From Octopus vulgaris (taxonomy: Eukaryota), in contig OX597815.1 of assembly GCA_951406725.2 (NCBI GenBank), forward strand, positions 128,278,001 through 128,342,000: 64,000 bases of DNA, written 5' to 3'. Under the pieces are notes generated by a model. The model was not told where the DNA came from. It made no database searches and saw only the letters and a list, made by a program, of their open reading frames with translations. Below are positions 1 to 12,700 of the stretch, in pieces. The first letter of the stretch is position 1. Every line of letters starts with the position of its first letter. The position numbers and the translations under genes were made by a program.

Positions 1-428
1 ATCGTAATCGATCAACATCAATGGAATTTGTAGCTGTGATACCAGTGCTGGTGGCACGTAAGAGAACCATCCGAATGTGGCCATAGCCAGCGTCGCCCTG
101 ACTGGCCTCTGTGCTGGTGGCACGTAAAAAGCACCATCCGATCGTGGCCGTTGCCAGCTTCATCTGGTCTCTGTGCCGGTGGCACGTAAAAAGCACCATC
201 CGATTGTGGCCGTTAGCCAGCCTCATCTGGCACCTGTGCCGGTGGCACGTAAAAAGCACCCACTACACTCACAGAGTGGTTGGCGTTAGGAAGGGCATCC
301 AGCTGTAGAAACACTGCCAGATCAGACTGGGCCTGGTGCAGCCTTCTGGCTTCCCAGGCCCCAGTTGAACTGTCCAACCCATGCTAGCATGGAAAGCGGA
401 TGTTAAACGCCGATGATGATTATGATGA
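1..428 (+). mobile_element. 3' UTR of an RTE-clade LINE (or RTE-tailed SINE) with ~58-bp tandem units and a (GAT)n tail
   Basis: Same sequence as the 3' ends of the RTE copies at 1504-4362 and 37600-38449 (tgtgccggtggcacgtaaaaagcacc units, gttggcgttaggaagggcatccagctgtagaaac, gatgatgat tail). Confidence 0.85.
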
Positions 429-484
429 TATATATATATATATATATACACACACACGCATACACACACACACATACACACATA

Positions 485-996
485 TCAGTATATATAAAAG
501 GCAGGTGGTGTGTGTGTGTTTGTGAATGTAATTTATGCACATCCACAAATTAGCACGCATGTTGCTCCAATTTTAGGAGGATATTCGTCATGATCCTAGC
601 TGTATTTTTACCAGAGGCACCAGCAAATAGCAGTAAAAATAAATTTTCAAGTCAGAAATCACCATTGTTTGCAAACAGGAGTCAAGTCCTCTTCTAGTGA
701 CGAGTAGGTTTTTGTTAAGACTTTTGTTGTTTTTTTTCCATCGAAGAAAAAAGTGTTTTGTTGATATATGGGAAAAACACACAAACGAACATGTATGCAT
801 ACAAAAAACATGTATACCATAGGTGTAATTACGTACATGTGTGTATGTGTGTGTTACCCATATATATATATATAAACCAATTCAACAGATTTCCCCCAAA
901 TTTGATGTTGATGTTACTTAGTTTGGTTTGAAATAAAGAACTTGATTAGCTTAATAACCCTAACTTAATCCTGTGCAAAGCCGGGTTATACTGCTA

Positions 997-997
<1 letters not shown>
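485..997 (+). mobile_element. Non-autonomous Helitron-like element
   Basis: Starts TC and ends with a short hairpin followed by CTAG|T. Homologous to 13428-14111. Confidence 0.6.
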
Positions 998-1039
<42 letters not shown>

Positions 1040-1040
<1 letters not shown>

Positions 1041-1275
1041 TAGCAGAGAAACCCAGCCCTGCTCTGGATTAAAATGGCATAAAGTTTCATTGTTTTACTT
1101 GTTTGGTTATTATAACCTGATTTCATTCGGATCTACTCGAGCCACATTTTAAGAGATGAAGAATTTTGCCCTAGAGGCCATACTTTTCAGTTGAACAAAA
1201 AGTTGCCATGCAAACTCAACAGCACTTTCAACATAGATGTACATATTTTCAGCTCAATCCAACCACATATGCACA
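1040..1275 (-). mobile_element. Helitron-like 3' end fragment
   Basis: Minus strand reads ...aatccagagcagggctgggtttctctgctagt (hairpin plus CTAG). The 5' boundary is approximate. Confidence 0.4.
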
Positions 1276-1425
1276 CATTATATATATATATATACGCATT
1301 ATATATATGCATTAAATATATATATATGTACACATCATATATACATATGTATACACATGATATATATGTATATATATATATATACACACATATATATAAA
1401 TATAGATATATATATACACTTTATA

Positions 1426-1471
<46 letters not shown>

Positions 1472-1503
1472 TTATATATATAAATTATATATGTATATCA
1501 TAA

Positions 1504-4362
1504 ATACCCCCCCCCCGGGTGAAGAATGTACCCCTCAGCATAGGCTAGTCATTAGTGACTTTAGGCTCAAGTCCAGAAGTATACCAAGAAGCAGACCAAT
1601 CCAAAAAAGAAGGATTTGGAAGCTAAAGAACCCTTCACATGGTCAGAGATTTAGGGACATCCTCATCAAGAAATTTGATAAGAGGGAGGAGGAGCTACAG
1701 ACATCGGACATAGAAGGTAGCGGGAAATTCCTATGGGACAGCTTGCTGAGTGCCACAGACCAAGTCTGTGGATGGTGCAAAGTCCCTTCCAGACCTAGAG
1801 TTATGTGGTGGTGGAATAGTACGGTAGACAAAGTCATTAGAGCAAAGAAATAGGCCTGCAAAGCCTGGAATGGAGTGGGTAGCAGGGAACTGTACCAGGT
1901 AGCCATAGGGAGGCTGGGTGGCAGGTATACATAGTCAAAGGCAAAACAGAAAAGAAGTTTGCCAATGTCCAGCAATGTGAGGACCAAAGAACTGAGGTAT
2001 TTCGGATTGCTAGACTGTGTGAGAGAAAATTGTGATGTCACAGGAGAGAAATGTGTCCGCATGGATGATAGTGCACTTGCTTTTAAGGATTCTGAAAAGA
2101 AAGAGGCTTGGAGAAGCCATTATGAAAGACTGCTGAATATGGAGAGTGAATGGGAAGAGGAGAGCCTGCCAAATGTCGACCCAGTATAGGGACCAGCTGT
2201 CCCAATAGACAGCTCCCTAGTAGATAAAGCAATTAAGGATGTGAAGCCAGGAAAAGCCCCCAACTCATCAGGAATCACTGCTGAGAGGCTTAAAACATCT
2301 GGTAGTGTGGGCTATGGCCTAGCCACCCACATTATAAACCAGGTAGTTCATGATGGAGTCATATCCAATGACTGGCGTAGCATCACCATAGCCAACTGCT
2401 ACAAGGGTAAAGGTGATGCTCTAGATAGAAATAACTACAGGGGTAGTTGGATCAGGTGATGAAGGACACAGAGAGGGTCATAGCCCATCTCATTAGGGAG
2501 AGAGTCTGCTTAGATGAGATGCAGTTCGGTTTTGTGCTGGGTAGAAGCACCACTGATGACATATTTCTGGTTTGACAACTGCATGAGAAATACCTAGCTA
2601 AAGATAAACCCTTCTACTTAGCTTTTGTGGACTTGGAGAAAGCCTTTGACAGGGTCCTCTGATCCCTTATCTGGTGGGCGATGGGGAAACTGGAGATTGA
2701 TGAATGGTTAATAAGGGCTGTACAGGCCCTATACAGAGAGGCCATTAGTAAGGTTAGGATTGATAATGAGTATAGTGAAGAATTCCGGGTAGAAGTAGGG
2801 GTCCACCAAGGTTCAGCCCTCAGTCCCCTTTTATTCATCATAGTCCTCCAGGCAATAACGGCGGAATTCAAGACGGGTTGCCTCTGGGAGCTCCTCTATG
2901 CTGATGACCTGGCTCTCATAGCAGAATCACTACCGGAACTAGAAAAGAAATTTCAGGTGTGGAAGCTAGGTTTAGAATCAAAAGGCCTTAGAGTCAATGT
3001 AGCAAAGACCAAAGTTGTACTAAGTAGGAAGGTGAACTCATCTCACACACCCCTTAGGTAGGTGGCCCTGCACAATCTGTAGAAAAGGTGTAGGTAGAAA
3101 CTCCATAAGATGTACCCAGTGTAAGTTATGGACACATAAGAGGTGCAACAACATCAAAGGAAAATTAACCGAGAAGATAGCTTTTGTGTGTGGCAGATGC
3201 ACAGGGGCAATAGACACCACAGATACTCAGAAAACAGATTCCATCACACTCTAGGGGGAGAAACTAGAAGTAGTTGATAGCTTCCGCAACCTAGGTGACC
3301 AAATTAGTAGTGTGGGTGGATGCTCAGAGAGTGTTACCACTAGAATAAGAATATCCTGGGCAAAGTTTAGAAAGCTTCTACCTATACTGGTGACAAAGGG
3401 TCTCTCGCTCAGAGTGAAAGGTAGATTGTATGACACATGTGTGCGAACTGCCATACTTCATGGCAGTGAAACATGGGCTGTGACTGTGGAGGACATGTGT
3501 AGGCTCGAAAGAAATGAAGCTAGCATGATCTGCTGGATGTGTAATGTCAGTGTGCATACATTACAGAGTGTAAGTGCTCTGAGAGAAATGTTGGGCATAA
3601 GAAGCATGGGACTTGGCGTGCAAGAGAGATGTTTATGTTGGTATGGTCATGTACTACGGATGGATGAGGAGAGATGTGTGAAGAAGTGCCACTCCCAAAC
3701 AGTTGAGGGAATCCAGGGTAGAGGTAGACCCAGGAAGACATGCAATGAGGTGGTCGAGCATGACCTTCAAACGTTGGCCTCACAAAGGCAATGATGAAAG
3801 ACCAAGACCTCTGAAGATATGCTGTGACTGCAAAGACCCAACAAATAAAGTGAGTTCATGGCTGTATCCTACACCAGCTTCACACAACCAGCCATAGCCC
3901 ATTCAAACTAACTTGGATCTCAGAATGGCCTGCTGTGCTTACCTTGGATTGTGGGGTGACCTGCTGTGCTTGAGGAGACCTATTGAGTCAAGTACATCAA
4001 TATCAAAATAAAAATCAAATGGTAATTGTAGTTGTGATACTCGTGCCAGTGGCACGTAAAAAGCAACATCCAAATGTGGCCAATGCCAGTGCTGCCTTGG
4101 CTAGCATCCATGCTGGTGACATGTAAAAAGCACCAACCAATCATGGCCATTGCCAACCTCCTCTGGTCCCTGTGCCGGCGACATGTAAAAAACCCACTAC
4201 ACCCACGGAGTGGTTGGCGTTAGGAAGGGTATCCAAATGTAGAAATACTGCCAGATCAGACTGGAGCCTGGTGCAGCCTCCTGGCTTCCCAGACCCCAGT
4301 CAAACCATCCAACCCATGCTAGCATAGAAAAACGAACGTTAAACGATGATAATGATGATGAT
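1504..4362 (+). mobile_element. 5'-truncated, decayed RTE-clade non-LTR retrotransposon (APE endonuclease C-terminus, RT, PHD finger, 3' UTR)
   Basis: ORF fragments: GEECTPQHRLVISDF (APE end), CYKGKGDALDRNNYRG, AFVDLEKAFDRV, GVHQGSALSPLLF, LLYADDL, LHGSETW, WYGHVLRM..GRGRPRKT. Many stops and frameshifts; (GAT)n tail. Confidence 0.93.
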
Positions 4363-4421
4363 ATGTTAGATCGTTAGCTCCTACACGCATTTTTTTTCTC
4401 TCCTTGTTTTTTTTCTGTGTA

Positions 4422-4460
4422 TCTTTCTGTCGAAGAGCGTAGGCTCGAAATGTAAAAGAC
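4422..4460 (+). ncRNA. Minimal hammerhead-ribozyme-like motif (variant core CUGUCGA), degenerate
   Basis: tcttt-CTGTCGA-a-gagc(gtag)gctc-GAAA-tgta-aaaga. Stems I and II pair; A6 is replaced and stem III looks CpG-decayed. Confidence 0.55.
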
Positions 4461-4557
4461 TTGTTCTATTTCTATTCCTGAGCTCCATACTAATACATTT
4501 GTTTGTTTGTACTCCACCTGCCTTCGATTTTTGTTTATTTTCGTAAACCTTCTCGTT

Positions 4558-4590
<33 letters not shown>

Positions 4591-4639
4591 CATACACACA
4601 CACATTATATATATATTTGTATATGTGTCAGTAGATCGT

Positions 4640-5075
4640 TAAAATTACCATCCGAGTGTGACCGTTACCAGGGACACTGACTGGCTCCTGTGCAGTGGCA
4701 TGTAAAAAACACCATTCAAGCGTGATCATTGCCAATGTTGCCTTACTGGCACATGTGCCGGTGGCATGTGAAAAACAACATTCAGGCCTGGTTGTTGCCA
4801 GTGCTGCTGGTCAAGCTCCTATGCAGGTGGCATGTAAAAACACCTTTTAAGTATGGTCGTTGCCAGTACCATCGGACTGGCCCTCATGCCAGTGGCACAT
4901 AAAAGCACCCACCACACTCTCAGAGTGGTTGGCGTTAGGAAGGGCATCAAGCTGTAGAAACTTTGCCAGATCAGATTGGAGCCTGGTGCAGCCTTCTGGC
5001 TCACCAGTCCTCAGTCAAACCATCCAACCCATTCCAGCATGGACAGCGGATGTTAGACGACGATGACGATGATGA
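4640..5075 (+). mobile_element. RTE 3'-UTR-derived repeat with tandem units and (GAT)n tail
   Basis: Homology to 1-428 and 4030-4362. Confidence 0.8.
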
Positions 5076-5682
5076 TATATAGACACATATATATATATAA
5101 ATTAACACAATAAATATCTGATAGATAATATCTGTTAACATGATTGTGCAGTGGTGGTTGGCGATAATAATTCCCCATTCAAAAAGACCTGTGGTGGGAG
5201 GATAGAACAGTGGTGGTGGGTGATAATAATTTACCATTGTAAATGATCTGTGGTGGAAATATTTAAACTTTTGCAGCTGTCAACGCTTTCTCTCTATAGA
5301 TACAGGCAGACGTACAGAGAGAGAGAGGTAGTGGAAGAGAGACAGAGATGGTGAAGGTAGAGAGGGAAAGAGAGTGGACACTGTCAAACGTCGTTATAGA
5401 GAGAAATTGCAGGAAAGAGAGAGATCAAGGAAGACAGGGTGATATCCGAAAGAGAGAAACGACAAACACTTGTCAAAGTCTGAGTTTTGGTGCCCTAGTA
5501 ACCACAGATTTTGAGATGGAGGTTTCTAACCTAGTCCAGTCACTTCCTTGCCTCATTTTACATGTCCCTGTAAATTTTCACTGCAATCTGATCATGCCTA
5601 AAGCCATTGAACCCTGCATAACTACTAAATGTGACACACAAACATACAACTTTTTGCCATTTCAATTTTGTATATATAGATA

Positions 5683-5775
5683 TACACACACACACACACA
5701 CACACACATACATGCATACATGTATACATACATACATACATACATACATACATACATACATACATACATACATAA

Positions 5776-5806
<31 letters not shown>

Positions 5807-5864
5807 CATACATACATACATACATACATACATACATACATACATACATACATACATACATACA
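5683..5864. repeat. (CA)n/(TACA)n microsatellite
   Basis: Seen directly in the sequence. Confidence 0.97.
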
Positions 5865-6426
5865 TTGTCATTGTCATAATTATGATTTTTTCTTTTTTAC
5901 AGCCATTTTACCATACTGGCAAGAACAAAACTTGTCAAGACAGATATCCTATGGCCAGATACTCATTGTTCCAAGAAATGTATTTTTGTTTCACTGGTCA
6001 TCACATGTTGAAAGCAATAAGGCCATTGCAACTACTGAAATATTACCTTCCAGAAAATTTAAGTAAGGACAATTTTTGATCAGGCAATATTAATGACAAT
6101 ACATTTAGGTGCCTATGTAGTCATAAGCAGACATGGACAACTTCTAGGTTCTCTCTGCTTTCATCCAGCAGAACATCAAAGACAAGACAGATGAAGGGAG
6201 AAAAGGTCTCACCAGCACTAGGCTGGTACTTATTTTCAATTGAATAGACCAAAGCAATGTGAAATGAAATGTCTTGCTTAAGGATACAAATTGCTACCCA
6301 GTCCAGGAATCAAATCCATGACTCATGATCATAAACCCAACAACCTAACCATTATGTAATGTACCTTCATACCAAATGAAAAAAGAAAAAAGTCCCCAGA
6401 AATACCTGTTCCCTGAAATACCTGTA

Positions 6427-6660
6427 AGGCGGTGAGCTGGCAAAATTGTCAGCACGCCAGGTGAATGCTTAATGGTTTTTCATCTACCGCTACGTTCTGA
6501 GTTCAAATTCTGCCGAGGTCAACTTTGCCTTTCATCCTTTCGAGGTCGATTAAATAAGTACTAGTTATGCACTGGGGTCAATATAATCGACTTAATCTGT
6601 TTGTCTGTCCTTATTTGTCCCCACTGTGTGTAGCCCCTTGTGGGCAGTAAAGAAATAAGA
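6427..6660 (+). mobile_element. tRNA-derived SINE, family B (aggcggtgagctggca head, gcctttcatcctttcg core)
   Basis: A/B-box-like head (gagttcaaattc). Related copies at about 23705-23880, 23895-24235, 26360-26582(-), 53950-54120(-), 54150-54300(-) and 61345-61545(-). Confidence 0.8.
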
Positions 6661-6968
6661 AATACCTGTTTCCCAGCCCTAGGATTCATAGAGCCAGTTA
6701 CTCAGTTTCCATGTTGTATAAGCCACCAAGATCACAACATTTTCCCCTGAACATGACACTAGTCTATTGCAGGGCTATCTTTTACAGCTGACTGGACAGA
6801 AGTAACATGAAATGAAGTGTTTTGCTCAAAAACACAACTCACTACCCAGTCAAGGAAATGAAACCATAATCCTGCAATCATGAGTGCAGTGCCCTATCTA
6901 CTTGGTCACATGCCTTCACTTCACATCAGTTACTACTACAGAATTCTATTTACTTTCTTAAATACTTT

Positions 6969-7170
6969 TCAACCTTTTAGTATTAAAACCAGCCATCTCA
7001 GACCCTGTTTTATGTTCAAGCTGACAAGATCAAACCTTTTATACCTACCTTAAAATATACAATTACTTCATTGAAATCACAAAGCTACAAAATAATGTAG
7101 GATAAATTCAAAACTATGTGAATAAATAAGTATTACATTTAACAAAGTAATCTGAATGCTAAAGAGTTAA
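6969..7170. mobile_element. Degenerate piggyBac-type MITE
   Basis: Ends (t)caaccttttagtatt ... aatgctaaagagttaa, i.e. eroded TIRs with TTAA. Confidence 0.45.
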
Positions 7171-7829
7171 GCATATAAGTAAATATTCATCTATCTATCA
7201 GAGCAGGCATGTGCAACCTGTCATGAAAATAAAAATCCTTAAGAAAGAACAATGAGGTTGACATCTCACATGTGTAAGTGTAATATATTTGAACCTATGT
7301 ATAGTCTATATGTAGTGAAGTCATTTTTATGTCTGTTTGTGGTGAAAACAGATGTTAGAATCAATTATATATATGCAGTTGGCATAATTACAATAGGTAA
7401 TATTTCAGTTTTACTGCAAATATTTAAGACAGGTGTTGCTTGATAAAAGCAAGAAGTAGCTCTTACAACATACAGTATACAACTGACTTGCTTTTCAGTG
7501 CAAACTGCAACAATTTCAGCTTAGTTTTACATCTGTTTTCTTGGCCTTTCATCCAGGCCTGGATTGATAAAATTTACTTTTCTCCTGTTAAACTTTATCT
7601 TGGATCTAGTCAAATAAATGCTCAAAAAAGCAGTATGAAAATAATGGAATTTCTCCAGTCTTTATGGTAGATGTCTACACTTGTATATTGTATTAAACTA
7701 TACATGCACTATAAGATATTATTTTAGGGCTGCTATAACTTAACTATACCTACACATGCATTCAATCAAGAGTATTCAAGTTGTTTGGTCAACTTATCTG
7801 CCTGCTCATTAAAAAAAACAAAGAACATA

Positions 7830-8160
7830 ATAATAACTAGCTTATTCTATACAATGCTCAGGTGCACTAAAACTCTTCAGAAAAGGATAAATAAGAAGAC
7901 AGAAAGCAGCAGCTTGTAGAATACAGAGAGACAACAATAATAGCCCAAAGTAAATGCAAAGCATACAGGATAAATTATGAAAAGACAGAAAAGTGTAAAG
8001 TAAAAGAGCCATAAAGAGGACAAAGCACATATGCATGTAAAAGTAGTGTTGGTGGATTTTGGAAAGCATGGAATTTTTGAAGGGTGAAGTGTTTTTACAG
8101 CTAACAACTGATGTGGGTAGTTTATTACATACTACAAAAATTCTAAAAAAAAATGTTTCC
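7830..8160 (-). mobile_element. CR1/L2-type LINE 3' remnant
   Basis: Shares tgcacctgagcattgtat, the (ATT) tail and ggaaagcatggaattttt with the CR1 fragment at 37010-37600. Confidence 0.6.
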
Positions 8161-8679
8161 AAAAATCATGGGTGCTGCACTGTTTTTGATTTTATAAGCA
8201 TGTCCATAAGTAGTATAGATATTGAATTCAAAAAGATAGCCAAAGTTGTTGTTGGAAAGATGGTGGATAATATAGTGGGCTTCTACAAAGTCAGCTGCTA
8301 GATATTGAAACTGTAGTGTGTTGATAAATACTTAGAAAAGCAAGTCATTCAAAATAGATTTTATTGAAAGTGGCTGAATACTCCACTAACACTTAAACCT
8401 TTCAAGCAGTCAACAGACAGAATCGGTGCGACAGAAAGTGACAAAGCTCCTTGAACTACAGATGTAGTAACTTCAGCAGGCTTCTTCACAGTTTTCGTCT
8501 ACCTAATTCCACTCACAAGACTTGGGTCAACACGAGACAATGATAAAAGACTCTTGTCAAAGGTAAAATGCAGCAGGATTGAACCTGTAACATCATGATT
8601 GCAAAGTGAACTTCTTAACCATCCAACCATCTACTCTTGTGTATACATTAATAACATGTATAATAATATAACATTTAAT

Positions 8680-9110
8680 AATAGCTTGACTCAACTCTAT
8701 GCAATTTAAAGTTTTGTAGGCTAGTTGAACAAACCTCACCTGTCCAGCACCTAGTGAGAGAAACAGGGTATAAGATAAATTTAAGATGGCTTCCTCATGT
8801 TAGGCTTCTATTGGTCAACTTGGGTCATGTGGTGTTATTGATCTGGAAGCTACATCAATTACTTTCTTTGTTGTTAAGACAGAATGTTGGTAGGTAGCTA
8901 GCTGTTGCCGCTATGTCTTGAAGCAATGATATGGTTTATTAGTGACATCAGCCATTCCTTTGATGCAACACATGGCAGAGTAGGGTGTTGTGGGTAAGCG
9001 GAGAATATACACTTTAGCAGAAACATCCTTTCCATAGAAGTAAGCAGATTTGGTGATGCTGGATTGAAATTTGATGGTGCTAGGTTTGATTGTCAGCATG
9101 GATGGGACGT
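8680..9110 (-). mobile_element. Possible highly decayed Penelope-like element coding remnant
   Basis: Weak resemblance of the translation (LPTTPY..IKGMADVTNK) to the PLE thumb/linker region. Inference only. Confidence 0.25.
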
Positions 9111-11049
9111 AATTTATATTGGTAACAGGGGTTAAGTACCATGCTTTTGTCTATAGAGCAGCCAAGCCTAAGGTGATATATCTGGATTGTCAGCTATTAA
9201 CAGAGTATAACTCTGGTGGTCACACTAATAACTGTCTTCATGAAATTGCATTGTTGTTTAAGGGAAAATTTAAGTCATATTTTAAACATTATTTTAAAAC
9301 AATATTAAAAAGAAATTTTAAAACAATGATTGAATGTGTGTGTGTATGTGCATGTGTGTGTGTATGTGTGTGTGTATGTGTGTGTGTGATCTGTGTGCAC
9401 ATGTACAGATGTGCATGTGAAATGAGTACTTGTGAATACAAAATTACTTGATTTTGCAATAGATAAAGCAAAACCATATGGGAATGATAGTTTCATATCA
9501 TAAAGGCATTGTGACCTTTGACTGAAAAATGAAGTATTTTGTTTCAAGGTAATTATCATTTGAACAAAAGAACACTGTTGTTTATGCTTTGTAAATATAA
9601 CATCCTTGAATTTCATCCTGGTTCTGAGAGTAACAGTGTTGGCTTCCAAGTGCTTTCAAAAAGAAAAAATTAATATGCACAAAAGCATACATGTACACAC
9701 AAACACACACTCACACACATGTACACACACTCATTCATTCAGAAGAGTAATGAGCAGCAAAATAGTAATAATGCTGTAGACAGGCAAAAGATGAAAGGAA
9801 GACAATGTGTGAGTGGACAGGTTGCAAGAATGTGAGTAGAGAGACGGTAGAGAGAGTGAGATGATGATATAAGCAAATCAGCAAGAAGTGGTTTAGTGGA
9901 GAGAAAACCATAGAGAAATTGAGAGATGTACAGCATTAATGATGATAACAAAAAAGGAGAGTAAAGGTTATTGGTGGTCTTTGATAGAAGTGAAAGATAA
10001 GTAGCTGGTTCAGAAGAGCAAAAACCATTGTGTAAAACAGTTCCAGTATCCTTGAAATGTGGGTAGTGCCAGATTATCAAATATGTCACTGCATTGGGCT
10101 TTTTTTTTTAACCAGGTCATCAAAATTATAAAAGTCAATTCAAGTTTCTTTGATCTTGATATTTGTATCGTCATGTAACTATTTGGTGTTTTGAATGGCC
10201 ATTAGTATATTCTCAGATCATTTTGCATGAAACCACTTAAATAATACAGCAATTTTTTCTAAATTTTTTGTTTTATTGTATTTCTTTTTAATGTTTGCCT
10301 TGCATCAACACCTTTACTTGTCTCTGAATCAGGATGAATTGCATTAACTTGTCCTTTTGCTTCTTAATATCATGAATTGTTGAAAAATCTGTTATATTTA
10401 TACTCAATAGCATTCCAGTTTTCACCTTTTTTCAAATACTTCATTATTTTAATATAAAAATTGAATGCCTTCTCTACACACTTGTCCAACTTTGTTTTTT
10501 TTTTTATTGACACTGGAAGACATTTTCACTAATGGATAGACACTGTGTAAGTAGATAAATGAAGTTACAAAACATTTAGGTACTGGCCACGCTTTTATTT
10601 TTTGACTTAAATGCAATCAATGATAGAATGATGTCAGTGACTAGTGATGGTACCAACAAACAAACAAAAATAATTGTTGAGAAGCAAAAAAAAAAGGCAG
10701 TTGGGTCTACCAGACTATTGGATACTATATTAATATAACTTTACTGTAGTAGCAGAACATGACTCAAAGTAGAGAAAAAGTACATCGGTGGACTAGTGGT
10801 TGCTTGTAGTGATTGTAACGAACCTTTGGTAATCAACTAGATTGATATTTCAGGTGCAGTCAGACTTTTTTATGGCTTAACCAGAAAGGTGAATGGTTGA
10901 GTGCCTATAACCAAGACTCATGAGATTGATACCGTTGATATCTAGCTTGACTATCTGTGAGTCAACATCTATAGGAAAAACGTGGATGGGGATTTAATTT
11001 CAAATGGCTAATACCTGAGTGACTGAGAGGAGTGAGACACAGTAATAAT

Positions 11050-11500
11050 GATGAGACAAAATGAGTATGAGTGCATTGGATTAGTTGAAGTAGAAGGGGC
11101 TTACAGTTTGTTAGTTCCAAGAATCAGGTTTTGTAGTAATTTGTGATAGAAAACCAGAAGAAAAAATGGTGAATCTACTGGGCAGTGTTTGTAGCATGCT
11201 GGTAAATAAATCTTCTGCTAGTCAGCTGAATAGCCTTCTTCAGGAATGCAACTAGCAGCAGTGTAGTTCCAGATATGTGAGTAGTACTCAAATATAGGCC
11301 TTACCCAAGCTGTGAAAAAAATTAATGATTGATAAGAAATTGAATATTTCATGGTCCTGAAAAGGAAACCTAGTCTATGGAATGTTGTTTTATCAATTTT
11401 ATACATGCAAACTCATCACATGAAACTGAGAAAGATTATGAGGATTAGTTTAACAATTTTTATGGCTAAGTTGTTCTGTGTTAAACATTCACATCAAGGG
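11050..11500 (-). mobile_element. Decayed CR1/L2/Jockey-group LINE 3' fragment
   Basis: LGFLFR...AWVRPIFEYYSHIWN resembles the conserved LINE C-terminal VRP.LEY.S.VW motif. Confidence 0.55.
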
Positions 11501-11558
11501 GTCTAGTGAAATATTGTTTTCTTAATAAGTGTAGTAATTATGGATTTTCAATTATGTA

Positions 11559-12700
11559 CGAGGGGCGTTCAATAAGTAATGCCCCTGACCCACTTCCCAT
11601 AGCAGTAGAGCAACGAAACTTGGCACAGTTATTAGTCTTTTTCTACATAGGAACCACCCAGAGTTACACATTTCTCCCATCGTTTGATGCGGCTCTGGAG
11701 ACCGTTTTTGTAGAAGAACCCAGCTTGGTCCTCCTACCTCAATGTGACTTCAGAAATCAAGGCTGCATCATCTGGGAAACGCTTTCCTTTCAAAAACAAC
11801 TTCATGATTGGGAAGAGGTGAAAATCAGAGGGTGCAAGGTCAGGAAAGTAGGGGGGATGGGGAGGAGTTCATAGCCATACGCCTGTGCTTCTGATCTGGC
11901 GATAAGCGAGTTGTGGACTGGAGCATTGTCCTGCAGGAGGAGGATGCCTTTGCTGATCTTGCCCCGCCTCTTGATTTTGATAACTTCTCTTAATTTCCTC
12001 AAAAGTGAAGCATAATAGGCTTCTGCAATTGTGGTACCCTTTGCCAGGAAATCTGTCATCACTACTCCGTCCTGGTCCCAGAAGACTGTGAGCATGACCT
12101 TGCCAGCGGAGGGCTGCACCCTTGCCTTCTTTGGAGGGGGTGAGTCACGGTGCTTCCACTGCATTGACTGGGCTTTGGTCTCTGGATCATCGTGATGGAC
12201 CCAGGTTTCATCCTGTGTAATCAGTCTTTTGAAAAATTTTGATTCATCTTCTTGGCACATCTCCAAATTCACCCTCGAGCACTCGACGCGTTCTTACTTC
12301 TGGAAAGGCGTGAGAAACCTGGGAATCCATCTGGCAGACACCTTTTGCATATGCAAATGGTCATGAATGATAGTTTCCACAGACCCGGTACTAATCTTGA
12401 CCTCATGGGCTATTTGGCGAATAATTATGCGTCGATCTTCCAAAATGGCAGCCTCAACTTGACGGACAGATGCCTCATCAATGGCAGAAGGGGGTGACCA
12501 GATCTGGGAGCTGTTTCCACAGAGTTCCGACCATGTTTGAATTCACGATGCTAGTGTTTTACAAGGTCATATGATGGGGCATCATCACCATAAGTTACTT
12601 TCATTTCATCAAAAGTCTCCCGTGGTGTGCGTCCTTTCAAATACAAAAACCGGATCACTGCTCGACACTCAACAGGCTCCATTTCACACTTGACTTCAGC
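11559..12700 (-). mobile_element. mariner (DD34D-type) transposon with a frameshifted transposase; only one TIR retained
   Basis: TA followed by TIR cgaggggcgttcaataagtaatgcc at 11557. Transposase runs from ATG at about 12682 (MEPVECRAVIRFL) through WIPRFL, ITQDETWVHH, LLQDNAPVH and PDLAPSDF. Confidence 0.92.

Noticed and set aside
40-260. CRISPR-like spacing of a ~25-bp palindromic repeat
   Set aside because: The 'spacers' resemble one another, the context is eukaryotic, there are no cas genes, and the array is part of an RTE 3' UTR.
1191-1503. N-terminal part of the 220-aa ORF
   Set aside because: TA-rich low-complexity sequence fused by chance to the RTE frame that starts at about 1504.
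5348-6079. 243-aa ORF and the many similar [16 protein letters not shown] ORFs
   Set aside because: They are stop-free only because they cross microsatellites; no protein signal.
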